A stretch of DNA of 40,349 nucleotides. Origin: Alcanivorax sp. (GTDB lineage: Bacteria > Pseudomonadota > Gammaproteobacteria > Pseudomonadales > Alcanivoracaceae). The position numbers and the translations under genes were made by a program. The stretch lies in assembly GCA_007135015.1 (NCBI GenBank), contig SLJS01000146.1:1-40349 (forward strand). The letters are read 5' to 3'. The notes beneath the pieces were generated by a model. The model had not been told where the DNA came from and did not search any database. It saw only the letters and a list, made by a program, of their open reading frames with translations. This document shows positions 16,668 to 26,573 of this stretch, in pieces. Position 1 is the stretch's first letter. Each line of letters opens with the position of its first letter.

Positions 16668-16726
16668 GGGTCGGGGTCGGGGTCGGGGTCAGTGGTCGGT
16701 GGTCGGTGGTCGGTGGTCGGTGGTCA
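16668..16726 (+). repeat. hexamer array GGGTCG x3 plus GGGTCA (16668-16691), then heptamer array GTGGTCG x4 plus GTGGTCA (16692-16726)
   Basis: Read directly. It starts at the first nt after the amrA stop. The GGG/GGGG tracts with 2-nt loops form a G-quadruplex motif. Confidence 0.95.
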
Positions 16727-16810
16727 GGCAGGGTGCGCGGCGTGTACGGGGTGAACACCCTGCCCGACCGCTGACCACTGACTACGGATCGCCGACGAGT
16801 GACCGCCGAT
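16681..16810. terminator. long imperfect inverted repeat (hairpin of about 130 nt) between convergent amrA and guaA; putative bidirectional terminator or transcript-stabilising structure
   Basis: Perfect 9-bp core GGCAGGGTG (16727-16735) / CACCCTGCC (16756-16764) with a 20-nt loop. Outward from the core, the GTGGTCG units pair with degenerate CGACCNN/TGACCAC units (16765-16810), with only a few mismatches or G-T wobbles by hand pairing. No U-tract, so the terminator function is inferred. Confidence 0.4.
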
Positions 16811-16822
16811 CACCGACCAGCC

Positions 16823-18394
16823 TCATTCCCATTCGATGGTCGCGGGGGGTTTCGAGGAAATGTCATAGGTGACGCGGCTGATACCGGGGATCTCGTTGAT
16901 GATTCGCGACGAGACCCGTTCCAGGAATTCGGCGTCGAGCCGGGCGGGACGGGCGGTCATGAAATCGATGGTTTCCACGGCGCGCAGTGCCACTACATAC
17001 TCGTAACGGCGGGTATCGCCCACCACGCCCACGGACTTGACCGGCAGGAAAACGGCAAAGGCCTGACTGACCTGGTGGTAATAGCCGGCATCCAGCAGTT
17101 CCTGAATGAAGATATGATCGGCCAGGCGCAATGTATCGGCGTATTCCTTCCTGACCTCGCCGAGAATGCGCACGCCCAGGCCCGGCCCGGGAAACGGATG
17201 CCGGTAGACCATGTCGTAGGGAAGCCCCAGCTCCAGGCCGATCTTGCGCACTTCGTCCTTGAACAGCTCGCGCAATGGCTCGACCAGCTTGAGCTTCATG
17301 TTCTCCGGCAGGCCGCCCACATTATGGTGCGACTTGATCACATGGGCCTTGCCATTCTTGTTGCCCGCGGATTCGATCACGTCCGGATAGATGGTGCCCT
17401 GGGCCAACCACTGCGTATCACGCAGCTTTACCGCTTCGCGCTCGAAGATGCTGATAAAGGCGTTGCCGATAATGCGGCGCTTGTCTTCCGGGTCTTCCAC
17501 GCCACGCAGCAGATCAAGAAACTCGTCCTCGGCGTCCACCCGCAGCACCCGCACACCCATGTTCAGCGCGAACATTTCCATGACCTGTTCGCCCTCGCCG
17601 TGGCGCAGCAGGCCGTTGTCCACGAATACGCAGGTAAGCTGGTCGCCGATGGCGCGGTGCAGCAGCGCCGCCGTCACCGATGAGTCCACGCCGCCGGACA
17701 GCCCCAGCAGCACTTCCTCTTCACCCACCTGGGCGCGGATCTTCTCCACCGCATCATCAATGATGGTGCCCGGCGTCCAGAGCTTCTCGCAGGCACAGAT
17801 ACCACAGACAAAACGCTCGAGGATGCGTCCGCCCTGGAGGGTGTGGGTGACTTCCGGATGGAACTGGAGCCCGTAGAGACGACGGTTTTCGTCGGCCATG
17901 CCGGCCACCGGACAGGAATCGGTGGCGGCGATCACGGAAAAACCGGCTGGCACCGCTTCGACGCGGTCGCCGTGACTCATCCACACATCCAGAAACTCAC
18001 GACCCTCTTCCTCATGATCGACAATACCGTCCAGCAGTGTACCGGGCTGCTCCTTGATCACCCGCGCGTAGCCAAACTCATGACGGTCCCCCTGCACCAC
18101 GGAACCGCCAAGCTGTCCGGCAAGCGCCTGCATGCCGTAACAGATACCCAGCACGGGCACGCCCAGTTCGAACAGCTCCGCCGGAACCCGGGGAGTTTCC
18201 TCCAGGGTCACCGTCTCGGGCCCGCCGGAGAGAATCACGCCGGACGGGTCGAACTCGCGCAGCTCCGACTCGTCCAGATCAAAGGGGCGGATCTCGCAGA
18301 ACACGCCGATTTCCCGAACACGCCGCCCGATCAGCTGGGTGTACTGGGAACCGAAGTCCAGGATGAGAATGCGGTGGGAATGAATGTCGGTCAT
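16823..18394 (-). CDS. guaA: GMP synthase (glutamine-hydrolysing)
   Basis: 523 aa: [33 protein letters not shown]-terminal PPATIEWE. Confidence 0.98.
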   Translation of the reverse strand: MTDIHSHRILILDFGSQYTQLIGRRVREIGVFCEIRPFDLDESELREFDPSGVILSGGPETVTLEETPRVPAELFELGVPVLGICYGMQALAGQLGGSVVQGDRHEFGYARVIKEQPGTLLDGIVDHEEEGREFLDVWMSHGDRVEAVPAGFSVIAATDSCPVAGMADENRRLYGLQFHPEVTHTLQGGRILERFVCGICACEKLWTPGTIIDDAVEKIRAQVGEEEVLLGLSGGVDSSVTAALLHRAIGDQLTCVFVDNGLLRHGEGEQVMEMFALNMGVRVLRVDAEDEFLDLLRGVEDPEDKRRIIGNAFISIFEREAVKLRDTQWLAQGTIYPDVIESAGNKNGKAHVIKSHHNVGGLPENMKLKLVEPLRELFKDEVRKIGLELGLPYDMVYRHPFPGPGLGVRILGEVRKEYADTLRLADHIFIQELLDAGYYHQVSQAFAVFLPVKSVGVVGDTRRYEYVVALRAVETIDFMTARPARLDAEFLERVSSRIINEIPGISRVTYDISSKPPATIEWE

Positions 18395-18484
18395 GCGTCA
18401 CGAAATACCAGCTGATGAATCGGTCCGGACCCTGACAGGCCCGGAAAGGAATGGACGATCACGCCCGGACCAGGCTCTTCTTCC

Positions 18485-18512
18485 CCTTGTCCCTTGCCCC
18501 TTGCCCCTTGCC
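18485..18512 (-). repeat. heptamer array in the guaB-guaA spacer: plus strand CCTTGTC, CCTTGCC x3; GGCAAGG-type and G-rich on the guaBA sense strand
   Basis: Read directly. With degenerate flanking units it spans 18478-18519. Five C3-4 tracts on the plus strand give a G-quadruplex motif on the mRNA strand. Confidence 0.9.
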
Positions 18513-18522
18513 CCTCTTTCTC

Positions 18523-19992
18523 CTACCCCACCGGGTAGTTGGGTGCTTCCTTCGTGATCGACACATCATGCACATGCGATTCGCGCATGCCCGCGTTGGT
18601 CACCTTCACGAACTGGCTCTTGCTGCGCATTTCCTCGACATCGCGGCATCCGGTGTAGCCCATCGAGGCCCGCAGCCCGCCCATCAACTGGTGGACGATA
18701 TTGGTCATCGGCCCCTTGTAGGGTACGCGGCCCTCGATGCCTTCGGGCACCAGTTTTTCCACGCCGGATTCCGGGTCCTGGAAATAGCGGTCGGCGGAGC
18801 CGGTCTCGCCGGACATGGCGCCCAGCGAGCCCATGCCGCGATAGGACTTGTAGTAACCGCCCTGGAAAAGCTCCACTTCACCGGGTGCCTCCTCGGTGCC
18901 CGCCAGCAGCGAGCCGATCATCACCACATTGGCCCCCGCGGCAACGGCCTTGGCCAGATCGCCGGAGAAACGGATGCCGCCATCGGCGATCAGCGGGATT
19001 TCGGTATCGGCGAGTGCCTCGGCCACTTCCGAGATGGCGGTAATCTGGGGCACGCCGATGCCGGCGACGATGCGGGTGGTGCAGATGGAGCCGGGACCGA
19101 TGCCCACCTTGACCGCGTCCACGCCCGCACTGGCCAGGTCCCGGGCGGCGGCGGCGGTGGCGATATTGCCGGCGACCACCTGCAGTTCCGGGAAGCTTTC
19201 CTTCACCCAGCTCACATGGTCGAGCACGCCGCGCGACTGGCCATGGGCGGTATCGACCACCACCAGATCCACACCCGCGTCCACCAGTGCGCGCACCCGG
19301 TCGCGGGAATCCTCGCCCACACCCACGGCCGCGCCCACCCGCAGACGGCCCTGGGAATCCTTGCAAGCATCCGGGAAACGGCGGGATTTCTCGATGTCCT
19401 TGACGGTAATGATGCCGCGCAGCGCACCGCTTTCATTCACCACCACTACCTTCTCGATGCGGTGCCTGTGCAGAAGCTGCTGGACGTCCGTGGCACTGGC
19501 GCCTTCCTGCACCGTCACCAGCCGGTCCTTGCCGGTCATGACCGCCGAGACGGGCTGGTCGTATTCGGTAACGAAGCGTGTATCCCGGCTGGTCACGATG
19601 CCCACCACTTCTTCCCCGGAGACCACCGGCACCCCGGAGATATTGTGGGCCTCGGTGATCTGCAGCAGCTCGCGCACGGTGGCGTCCGGTCCGATGGTGA
19701 CCGGGTCCTTGACCACGCCGCTTTCGTATTTCTTGACCAGGCGCACGTGTCTGGCCTGTTCCGCCGGCTCCATGTTCTTGTGGAGAATGCCGATGCCGCC
19801 CTCCTGGGCCATGCCGATGGCCAGGCGGTACTCGGTCACCGTATCCATGGCGGCGGACACCAGGGGCAGATTCAGGGTGATATCGCGGGTAAGCCGGCTG
19901 CGCAGACAGACGTCCCGGGGCAGTACGTCCGAATAGGCAGGGAGCAGGAGAACATCATCGAAGGTAAGTGCCTCTTGCACGATCCGGAGCAT
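18523..19992 (-). CDS. guaB: IMP dehydrogenase
   Basis: 489 aa: [10 protein letters not shown], two CBS repeats, [11 protein letters not shown] and GGIRFSGD. Confidence 0.98.
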   Translation of the reverse strand: MLRIVQEALTFDDVLLLPAYSDVLPRDVCLRSRLTRDITLNLPLVSAAMDTVTEYRLAIGMAQEGGIGILHKNMEPAEQARHVRLVKKYESGVVKDPVTIGPDATVRELLQITEAHNISGVPVVSGEEVVGIVTSRDTRFVTEYDQPVSAVMTGKDRLVTVQEGASATDVQQLLHRHRIEKVVVVNESGALRGIITVKDIEKSRRFPDACKDSQGRLRVGAAVGVGEDSRDRVRALVDAGVDLVVVDTAHGQSRGVLDHVSWVKESFPELQVVAGNIATAAAARDLASAGVDAVKVGIGPGSICTTRIVAGIGVPQITAISEVAEALADTEIPLIADGGIRFSGDLAKAVAAGANVVMIGSLLAGTEEAPGEVELFQGGYYKSYRGMGSLGAMSGETGSADRYFQDPESGVEKLVPEGIEGRVPYKGPMTNIVHQLMGGLRASMGYTGCRDVEEMRSKSQFVKVTNAGMRESHVHDVSITKEAPNYPVG

Positions 19993-20134
19993 GGGCGATC
20001 CCGCTGTTGGTGTGATGAAATAAGCCGTGCATTATAGGCCAGCACCGCGGCCAGGGTAAATCAGCGCTTTGCCGGCGCCCTCAGGGCCCGCGCGGAACGG
20101 CCTGCCCGCACCCGAACAGGGAGAATCCGGCTCC

Positions 20135-21496
20135 ATGAACGATGCCAGCACCCCGACGCAACAGCGCATTTACTCGGTCAGCCACCTGAACCTGGAAGCC
20201 CAGGGACTGCTGGAAGGAGGCTTCCCGCTGATCTGGGTCGAAGCGGAGCTGTCCAATCTGGCAAGGCCCGCCTCCGGGCACCTGTATCTGACCCTCAAGG
20301 ACGACCGGGCGGAGGTGAAGGCGGCCATGTTCCGCAACCGCAATCGCCTGCTGCGGTTCGAACCGCGCAACGGCATGCAGGTGCTGGTGCGCGCCCGCGT
20401 GACGCTCTATATCCCCCGGGGCAGTTTCCAGCTGGTCATCGAGCACATGGAGGAAGCCGGCGAAGGGCGCCTGCGGCGGGAATTCGAGGCATTGCGGGCG
20501 AAGCTGCAGCAAGAGGGGCTGTTCGCCACCGAGCGCAAGAAACCGCTGCCCGCCATGCCCCGGCAGATCGGCGTGATCACCTCGGCCTCCGGGGCCGCCA
20601 TCCGCGACATCCTGCAGGTGCTCGCCCGGCGCTGCCCGCAGGTGCCGGTGCTGATCTATCCGGCGGCGGTGCAGGGCCGGGAGGCGCCGGCGCAACTGCG
20701 CGCGGCGCTGACCCTGGCCAATGCCCGCGACGACTGTGATCTGCTCATCCTGGCCCGCGGCGGTGGCTCGCTGGAGGACCTGCAGGCCTTCAATGACGAA
20801 CAGCTGGTCCGGGATGTGGCCGCCAGCCGGATTCCCGTGATTTCCGCGGTGGGCCACGAATCGGACATATCCCTGGCCGATCTGGCCGCCGACCTGCGCG
20901 CGCCCACCCCTTCGGCGGCCGCCGAACAGGCCGCCCCGGACACTGGCCTGCTGGCCGAGCGGCTGGCCGTCGCCCGCCGGCGTCTGGCGCGACGCATGGA
21001 TCAGGCGCTGGCCGAGAACCGCCAGCGCCTGGAGACGCTGACCCGGCGCCTGGTGCATCCGGAGCGGGCCCTGCAGCAGTACGCCCAGCGCCTTGATGAG
21101 CTTGCCGCCAGGCTGCAACGCCAGTGGACCCATCAGATGCGGATGCACCGCCAGCATCTGGGCCAGCTCGAGCGGCGGCTGGTGGCGCGCAATCCCGCCG
21201 CCTTGCTGGCCACGCACCGCCGGCACCTGCAGGGCCTGGAAAAACGCCTGGCCCCGCCGGTACGGCGTCAGTTGGCCGAGCACCGCCGCAGTCTGCATCA
21301 GCTGGGGCAGCGGCTGCACACCGCCAGTCCGCTGGCCACGCTCGAACGTGGCTACAGCATCACCCTGGCCGACGACGCGGTGGTCACCTCCGTGGAGCGG
21401 CTGGAGCCCGGCACACTGCTGCGCACCCGGCTGGCCGACGGCGAGCTGGAAAGCCGTGTCACGCAGGTTCTTCCGGCTGGCGAAGATAACGACTGA
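20135..21496 (+). CDS. xseA: exodeoxyribonuclease VII large subunit
   Basis: [22 protein letters not shown]....[10 protein letters not shown] (OB fold), [27 protein letters not shown] and a long C-terminal coiled coil. ATG 20135 has AGGGAG upstream. The track ORF begins at a TTG at 20069. Confidence 0.9.
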   Translation: MNDASTPTQQRIYSVSHLNLEAQGLLEGGFPLIWVEAELSNLARPASGHLYLTLKDDRAEVKAAMFRNRNRLLRFEPRNGMQVLVRARVTLYIPRGSFQLVIEHMEEAGEGRLRREFEALRAKLQQEGLFATERKKPLPAMPRQIGVITSASGAAIRDILQVLARRCPQVPVLIYPAAVQGREAPAQLRAALTLANARDDCDLLILARGGGSLEDLQAFNDEQLVRDVAASRIPVISAVGHESDISLADLAADLRAPTPSAAAEQAAPDTGLLAERLAVARRRLARRMDQALAENRQRLETLTRRLVHPERALQQYAQRLDELAARLQRQWTHQMRMHRQHLGQLERRLVARNPAALLATHRRHLQGLEKRLAPPVRRQLAEHRRSLHQLGQRLHTASPLATLERGYSITLADDAVVTSVERLEPGTLLRTRLADGELESRVTQVLPAGEDND

Positions 21497-23351
21497 CCAC
21501 TTCCAGCAACTGATCGCGCTGGAAGGGCTTGGCCACATAGTCATCCATGCCCGCGTCCAGGCAGCGCCCGCGCTCGCCTTCCAGCGCGTTGGCGGTCAGC
21601 GCCACCACCGGCACGGGCTCCGCCGCCCGCTCGGCCTCCCGGTCCCGCAGGCGCCGGGTGGCTTCCAGCCCGTCCATGACGGGCATCTGCACGTCCATCA
21701 GCACACAGTCCACAGCGCTTTCATCCAGTTTCTCCAGGGCGTGGCGACCATCCCGGGCACAGAGTACGTCCACGCCGCTGGCGGCCAGCATGCGTTCGGC
21801 CACCATGCGGTTCACGTCATTGTCTTCCACCAGCAGCACCCGGCCCTCCAGCCGGCGGCCGGCGGGCCGCTCCGTGTTCTCCACCTCGCAGGCGGCACGG
21901 CCCTCCAGTTCCAGCTCCAGGGCGAACTCACTGCCTCCCTCCGGCAGCGCCGCGCCCCACAGTCGACCGCCCAGCAGATCCGCCAGGCGCCGGGAGATCG
22001 CCAGACCCAGCCCGGTGCCCCCGAAGCGCCGGGAGGTGGAGTTCTCGAGCTGGCTGAACGCTTCAAAGAGACGGGGTATCTGCTCCTCGGGAATGCCGAG
22101 GCCGGAATCGCGCACCCGGACACGGAAACCGTAACGGAACGGCTCCCGGCGCATGAGTTCCACATGCACATCCACGCCCCCGTGCTCGGTAAACTTCACG
22201 GCGTTGGACACCAGATTGGTCAGAATCTGGCGCAGGCGCAGGGGGTCGGAGCGAAGCTGCACACCCTCCAGGCTCTCCAGGCCATGCAGATTCAGGTCGA
22301 GCCCCTTCTCCTCGGCCAGGTAGCGGAAGTTCATGACACAGTGCTGGATCAGTTCGTCCGGAGAAAAGAACAGCTCCTCGATTTCCAGACGCCCGGATTC
22401 GATCCGGGAGAAATCCAGGATGTCGTTGATCACTTCCATCAGGTGACTGGTGGACTCCAGCGCCGCCTGGATGTACTCGCCCTGCTCGTCGTCCATGCCG
22501 GTGGTCTGCATCAGCTGGAGCATGCCCAACACCCCGTTCATGGGCGTTCTCAGCTCATGGCTCATCATCGCCAGGAACTCGCTTTTCGCCTGATTGGCCG
22601 ATTCGGAGCGCCGCCGGGCCTCCACCAGTTCACGCATGGCCCTTTCCTGCTCCCGGCGGGCCTCTTCCAGATTGGCGGCCAGCTCGTTGATGTCGCCCTG
22701 CAGCGTGCCCAGTTCCCCGTCCAGGGGGCTTACGCCGCGTACATGGTAGTCACCGTCACGGATCACACGGACCAGCCGGGAAAGGCTCCGCAGCGGTCTG
22801 GAAATGTTGCCGCCCATTCGCCGGGCGATCCACAGTGCCACCAGAATCGCCATGAGCACCGGCGCCGCGCTGGTCAACAGTATCTCGCGCTGGCGGGCCG
22901 CCACCCAGTGATCGGAAAGGCCCACCACCACCTCGCCGACCAGATCGGCCCGGCCGGTCTCCGTGCCTTCCGACATGGCCGCCGGCTGACGATAGATGCT
23001 GGCACTGAAACGGTAGAGCTCGTCCGGGTCGACGCTTCCCTCCCCGTCGGGCGCCACCTCGCGCGACAACAATCGGCCCGCGGCATCGCGAAAAATCACC
23101 AGGCGCAGATTCTCGTGCTCGAAGGCATGGCGTGCCTGGCGCCGCAGGTCCGCACGGTTGCCCGAAAGCACACCGTATTCGGAAGCCGAGGCCAGATGCC
23201 GCGCAAGAAACTCCCCCTGTTCCCGCAATTCCGTCTCCGCGTCGGCGAAGCGCTGCCAGGTCAGCAGGCCCACCAGCAAAAGCAACAGGATCAGCGCAGG
23301 GACGATGCCCAGCAACTGAAGCTGGCGGTGAAGGCCGAGACCGGCTTTCAT
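21459..23351 (-). CDS. hybrid sensor histidine kinase/response regulator: two TM helices around a periplasmic domain of about 130 aa, then HAMP, HisKA, HATPase_c and REC; no HPt domain
   Basis: TM1 [18 protein letters not shown] and TM2 [14 protein letters not shown], followed by a HAMP-like stretch. H-box [17 protein letters not shown]1 and G2 boxes ([21 protein letters not shown]). Receiver with [11 protein letters not shown]...AKP. The protein ends about 15 aa after the receiver. Confidence 0.9.
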   Translation of the reverse strand: MKAGLGLHRQLQLLGIVPALILLLLLVGLLTWQRFADAETELREQGEFLARHLASASEYGVLSGNRADLRRQARHAFEHENLRLVIFRDAAGRLLSREVAPDGEGSVDPDELYRFSASIYRQPAAMSEGTETGRADLVGEVVVGLSDHWVAARQREILLTSAAPVLMAILVALWIARRMGGNISRPLRSLSRLVRVIRDGDYHVRGVSPLDGELGTLQGDINELAANLEEARREQERAMRELVEARRRSESANQAKSEFLAMMSHELRTPMNGVLGMLQLMQTTGMDDEQGEYIQAALESTSHLMEVINDILDFSRIESGRLEIEELFFSPDELIQHCVMNFRYLAEEKGLDLNLHGLESLEGVQLRSDPLRLRQILTNLVSNAVKFTEHGGVDVHVELMRREPFRYGFRVRVRDSGLGIPEEQIPRLFEAFSQLENSTSRRFGGTGLGLAISRRLADLLGGRLWGAALPEGGSEFALELELEGRAACEVENTERPAGRRLEGRVLLVEDNDVNRMVAERMLAASGVDVLCARDGRHALEKLDESAVDCVLMDVQMPVMDGLEATRRLRDREAERAAEPVPVVALTANALEGERGRCLDAGMDDYVAKPFQRDQLLEVVSRYLRQPEEPA

Positions 23352-24193
23352 CGCCGCACCTCCAGTTCCCTGCGCAGCACGCCGGATGTATCCACGGGCA
23401 GCTCAAAGGTCTTCGCCACCCGTTCGTTGACCGCCACCGAAACCGCGGCGGGAAACGCCGGAGCGGGCAGGCGTCCCTCGTCACGGAAGCTGGCAAGCCA
23501 CTGAACGACCTGGGCGGCAAGATCTTCGCGGGGGTAGTACATGGACGCCACGCTGCCGGCCTCGACAAAGGCCGCATCCGGCCCCACCACCGGCCGGTTC
23601 TGCCGGTACCCGGTCAGCAGCACCAGCCGCGCGGTGGCGGGGCTGTAAAGCTCGCTGTCAGCCACGGCAAGCAACAGGTCCACCCGGGGCAGCAACCGGG
23701 CCAGCGCAACACCCAGTTCATCGCGGTCCTCCACCCTGCGGGTTTCCAGCGAAAGGCCGAGATGGTCCGCATAGCCGGGCAGATAGGACCCGGCCCATCG
23801 CGACTCCGGGCCCAGCAGCAGCCCCACCCGGCTGGCCGTGGGCAGCAGGCGCGAGACAAGGCGAAGCTGCAATGCGGGGTCCATCTCGCGGAACAGCCCG
23901 GTACAGCTACAGCCGCGCCGCCAGGCCCCGAGAAGCTCTGCGCGTGGCACATCCACCGCCACAACCGGGCGGTTTCCCTTCAGGGCCCGGCGGAAGGCCT
24001 CGCCGCCCACGGCCACCACCATGTCGCCATCTCCGGGTTCGGCCTGGCCGATATCCCGTTGCGCCAGCTCCTGCCCCAGCAGGTCGGAAAAGTTCTCGTC
24101 GGCGGCGAGCACCGTCACGGAAAACGACGCGCCTGCCGGTCCGTGGACCGCCAGCAGTATCAGCAGCACCAGCGCTGGCCAGATCCTTGCCAC
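23348..24193 (-). CDS. periplasmic ABC-type substrate-binding-like protein (ABC_sub_bind/PF04392-like) with no cognate transporter genes nearby
   Basis: Signal peptide [22 protein letters not shown]. The pattern CTGLF....[22 protein letters not shown] and [12 protein letters not shown]...[19 protein letters not shown] resembles PF04392 proteins by eye. A GTG start at 24193 has GGAGGG 6 nt upstream, 13 nt after the receptor stop. The track ORF (to 24376) would overlap the receptor gene. The stop overlaps the kinase ATG (ATGA). Confidence 0.6.
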   Translation of the reverse strand: MARIWPALVLLILLAVHGPAGASFSVTVLAADENFSDLLGQELAQRDIGQAEPGDGDMVVAVGGEAFRRALKGNRPVVAVDVPRAELLGAWRRGCSCTGLFREMDPALQLRLVSRLLPTASRVGLLLGPESRWAGSYLPGYADHLGLSLETRRVEDRDELGVALARLLPRVDLLLAVADSELYSPATARLVLLTGYRQNRPVVGPDAAFVEAGSVASMYYPREDLAAQVVQWLASFRDEGRLPAPAFPAAVSVAVNERVAKTFELPVDTSGVLRRELEVRR

Positions 24194-24206
24194 CCGTTGC
24201 CCTCCG

Positions 24207-26357
24207 TCACCACAGGCCCAGTGAAGCCGAAAGCCAGAAGCGATTGCGCTCGCCGCGAACATTCTCCTCGAACACCACCGGCTCATCGGCCCGATCATGT
24301 TCGATTGCGCCGCGCAACACCAGCTCCGTGCCGCCCAGGGGATAACGCCAGGAAAGATGGGCCCCGAGCCGCTCATACCGGAATTCGTTGTAATCAGTGG
24401 CGCGATGCCAGGTGCCCGAAAGCTGCAGCGATCGGGTCACCTCATAGCGCCACAGTAGACTGTTGCTTTCCTCCGGAGCGAAACGCCCCTCGGCATTGCG
24501 GCGGTTTTCCAGCCGGTTGCGCATCAGGGTGCCGCGCACATAATGCCGGGGCGAGAGGTGCCAGCCCAGTTCCCCTTCCCAGCCCTGATGATGCACCCAG
24601 CTGTCATTGTGCGCTTCGAGATCGAACAGCGACATCCGCGAGACCACCAGATCGCGAAGGGATTCATGGTAGAAGCGCAGATCCAGTTCCAGCCCGCCGA
24701 AGCGCCCGAAATAGCCCAGTTCCCGGGACTTGATCCGCTCCGGCTTCAGGCCCCCGGAAATGGTCTGGGTGATAAAGAAATCGGGATGGGGCTGGCCCAG
24801 CAAGTCCGGATCGGAGGCGAAATCATCGGGAATATTTTGAAGACGAATGGTGGTGTCGCCGTCCGTTTCCACCAGATCCAGCGCCCGCACTGCCTCGGAC
24901 CAGACCATGCGCACGCCATGGCCCGGTGCCGGGATCATGGTTACCGCCGCACGCGGGGAGAAAAAGCTGTCGTTGGTATCATGGTGTTCCCAGTAGCCGC
25001 CCAGGTTCACGCGCAACGGCTCGCCCGGAGACAGCTCCAGATTGGCGAAGGCACGCCGGGAGGTATTGGAAGCCGCGCCGGAAGCATAGGCCAGGGACTC
25101 GGCCCGGTCATGGCGCAGGTTCAACCCGGTGACCAGCCGGGCGTATTCGCTCAGGTGCACCGTATCCTGAATCTCCAGGTCCAGACGTTCCTCCACCACG
25201 TCCACCAGAAAGTCCCCGCAGAACGGATCCAGCCCGGAACCGGTGAGCTCGTCGTGGCGCTCGTACAGGGGGGAGTCATCGTCCTGCAGTGCCTGCTGGA
25301 GCGCCTGCATGGTCGCCTGCAGGTCGCGATCGTTTTCCTCGTAGAGATCCCGCATCTCACCGGAGAAGAACACCCCGCCTCCCGGCCCGGGCTCGCCGCT
25401 GGCCGGATCGCGGATGCAAAGCCCCATGCTTCGCTCGGCATTGGCGCGCTGGCCGTACAGCTGCACGCTCAGGCTGTGCGCTGGCGAGAAGAGTCTCTGC
25501 CATTTGAATTGCGCGAACTGTTCGTCGCTGAGTGTCTGTTGTTCCCGGGTCTGGGTGGCAAATGCCTCGATACTGTCCGAGGGAGGCACCTCAATGCTGG
25601 TCCGGGAGACTCCGGCGAAAAACTCCAGCTCATCGCGCGGGGAGAGATCATGGCTGTAGCGCAGGTTCAGCGACTCCACCTTCTTGGCGTCCGGGTAGTC
25701 CATGTCCTCCGGTCCTTCATAGCCATCATCCCCGCGACGCTCCACGGTCATGCGCAGGGCTCCAGGCCCGCTCTGGGCGGCCACCGTGCCGCGTGCGTCA
25801 CGGACCCCGTTATTGCCACGCCGGCGCTCCATTTCCACGCCGGTAACATCCCGCGGATGACGCGTGATGATGTTGATCACACCGGTCATGGCATTGGCCC
25901 CGTACAGGGCCGAGTTGGGCCCGCGCGTGATTTCGATGCGCTCGACATCCTCGATGGAAAGCGGCATGTCGTTCCACATGACCCGGGCCAGCCCCGGACG
26001 CTGCTGGGTGCGCCCGTCGACCAGCACCTGCATGCGCCGGGTACTGCGAGCCTGGGTGGCATGATAGGCCACGGTGGGAATATTGCCCTGCACCTTTTCG
26101 GCGCTCATGCCCGGCACCAGCCGGAACAGCTCCCAGATCTCCCGGGCTCCGGAGGCGCGGATCAGGTCCCGGTCGATCACGGTGACGCTGGCGGGAACTT
26201 CTTCCCGGGGCTGACGCAGGCGCGCCGGAGTCAGCACCTTGGGGACAGTGTTCCCCGAAGCCGATACCGAGCCCCCGGAAGCCGCGGATTCACCCGCGCT
26301 GACAACGCCCCCCATGGCAACAAGCGCACAGCAGAACAGGACCTTCCCCCGATGCAC
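24207..26357 (-). CDS. TonB-dependent outer-membrane receptor
   Basis: Signal peptide. Plug domain VTVIDRDLI...VPG...VDG......IERIEITRGPNSALYGANAMTGVINIITR. Long beta-barrel ending in an aromatic residue (LGLW). GTG start with GGAG upstream. Confidence 0.9.
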   Translation of the reverse strand: MHRGKVLFCCALVAMGGVVSAGESAASGGSVSASGNTVPKVLTPARLRQPREEVPASVTVIDRDLIRASGAREIWELFRLVPGMSAEKVQGNIPTVAYHATQARSTRRMQVLVDGRTQQRPGLARVMWNDMPLSIEDVERIEITRGPNSALYGANAMTGVINIITRHPRDVTGVEMERRRGNNGVRDARGTVAAQSGPGALRMTVERRGDDGYEGPEDMDYPDAKKVESLNLRYSHDLSPRDELEFFAGVSRTSIEVPPSDSIEAFATQTREQQTLSDEQFAQFKWQRLFSPAHSLSVQLYGQRANAERSMGLCIRDPASGEPGPGGGVFFSGEMRDLYEENDRDLQATMQALQQALQDDDSPLYERHDELTGSGLDPFCGDFLVDVVEERLDLEIQDTVHLSEYARLVTGLNLRHDRAESLAYASGAASNTSRRAFANLELSPGEPLRVNLGGYWEHHDTNDSFFSPRAAVTMIPAPGHGVRMVWSEAVRALDLVETDGDTTIRLQNIPDDFASDPDLLGQPHPDFFITQTISGGLKPERIKSRELGYFGRFGGLELDLRFYHESLRDLVVSRMSLFDLEAHNDSWVHHQGWEGELGWHLSPRHYVRGTLMRNRLENRRNAEGRFAPEESNSLLWRYEVTRSLQLSGTWHRATDYNEFRYERLGAHLSWRYPLGGTELVLRGAIEHDRADEPVVFEENVRGERNRFWLSASLGLW

Positions 26358-26573
26358 AGACCCCAGCTCCGTATTTCTTATTAGGAAGTCGTCCAGATAT
26401 GATGATTAAGTAGCAGAATCTGTACTATGGTGCCTTTTTGTTACCCGAATCACAAACAGAATCCGCTACGCACAAGCGTACATCGGAGCAAAACCCCCGA
26501 AACAGGAAAAAATGCAGAAAACGAAAGGTTGCACCACATCACCATGCCAAAACGGCCCTGGCCGGGTCGTTAT

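Noticed and set aside
1242-18519. Could the short tandem arrays be CRISPR arrays?
   Set aside because: The units are 6-7 nt and directly abutting, with no spacers. The arrays are only 28-70 bp long, and no cas genes are present.
26396-26414. Fur-box-like GATATGATGATTAAGTAGC upstream of the TonB-dependent receptor operon.
   Set aside because: Only about 10 of 19 positions match GATAATGATAATCATTATC by hand alignment. That is too weak to call iron regulation.
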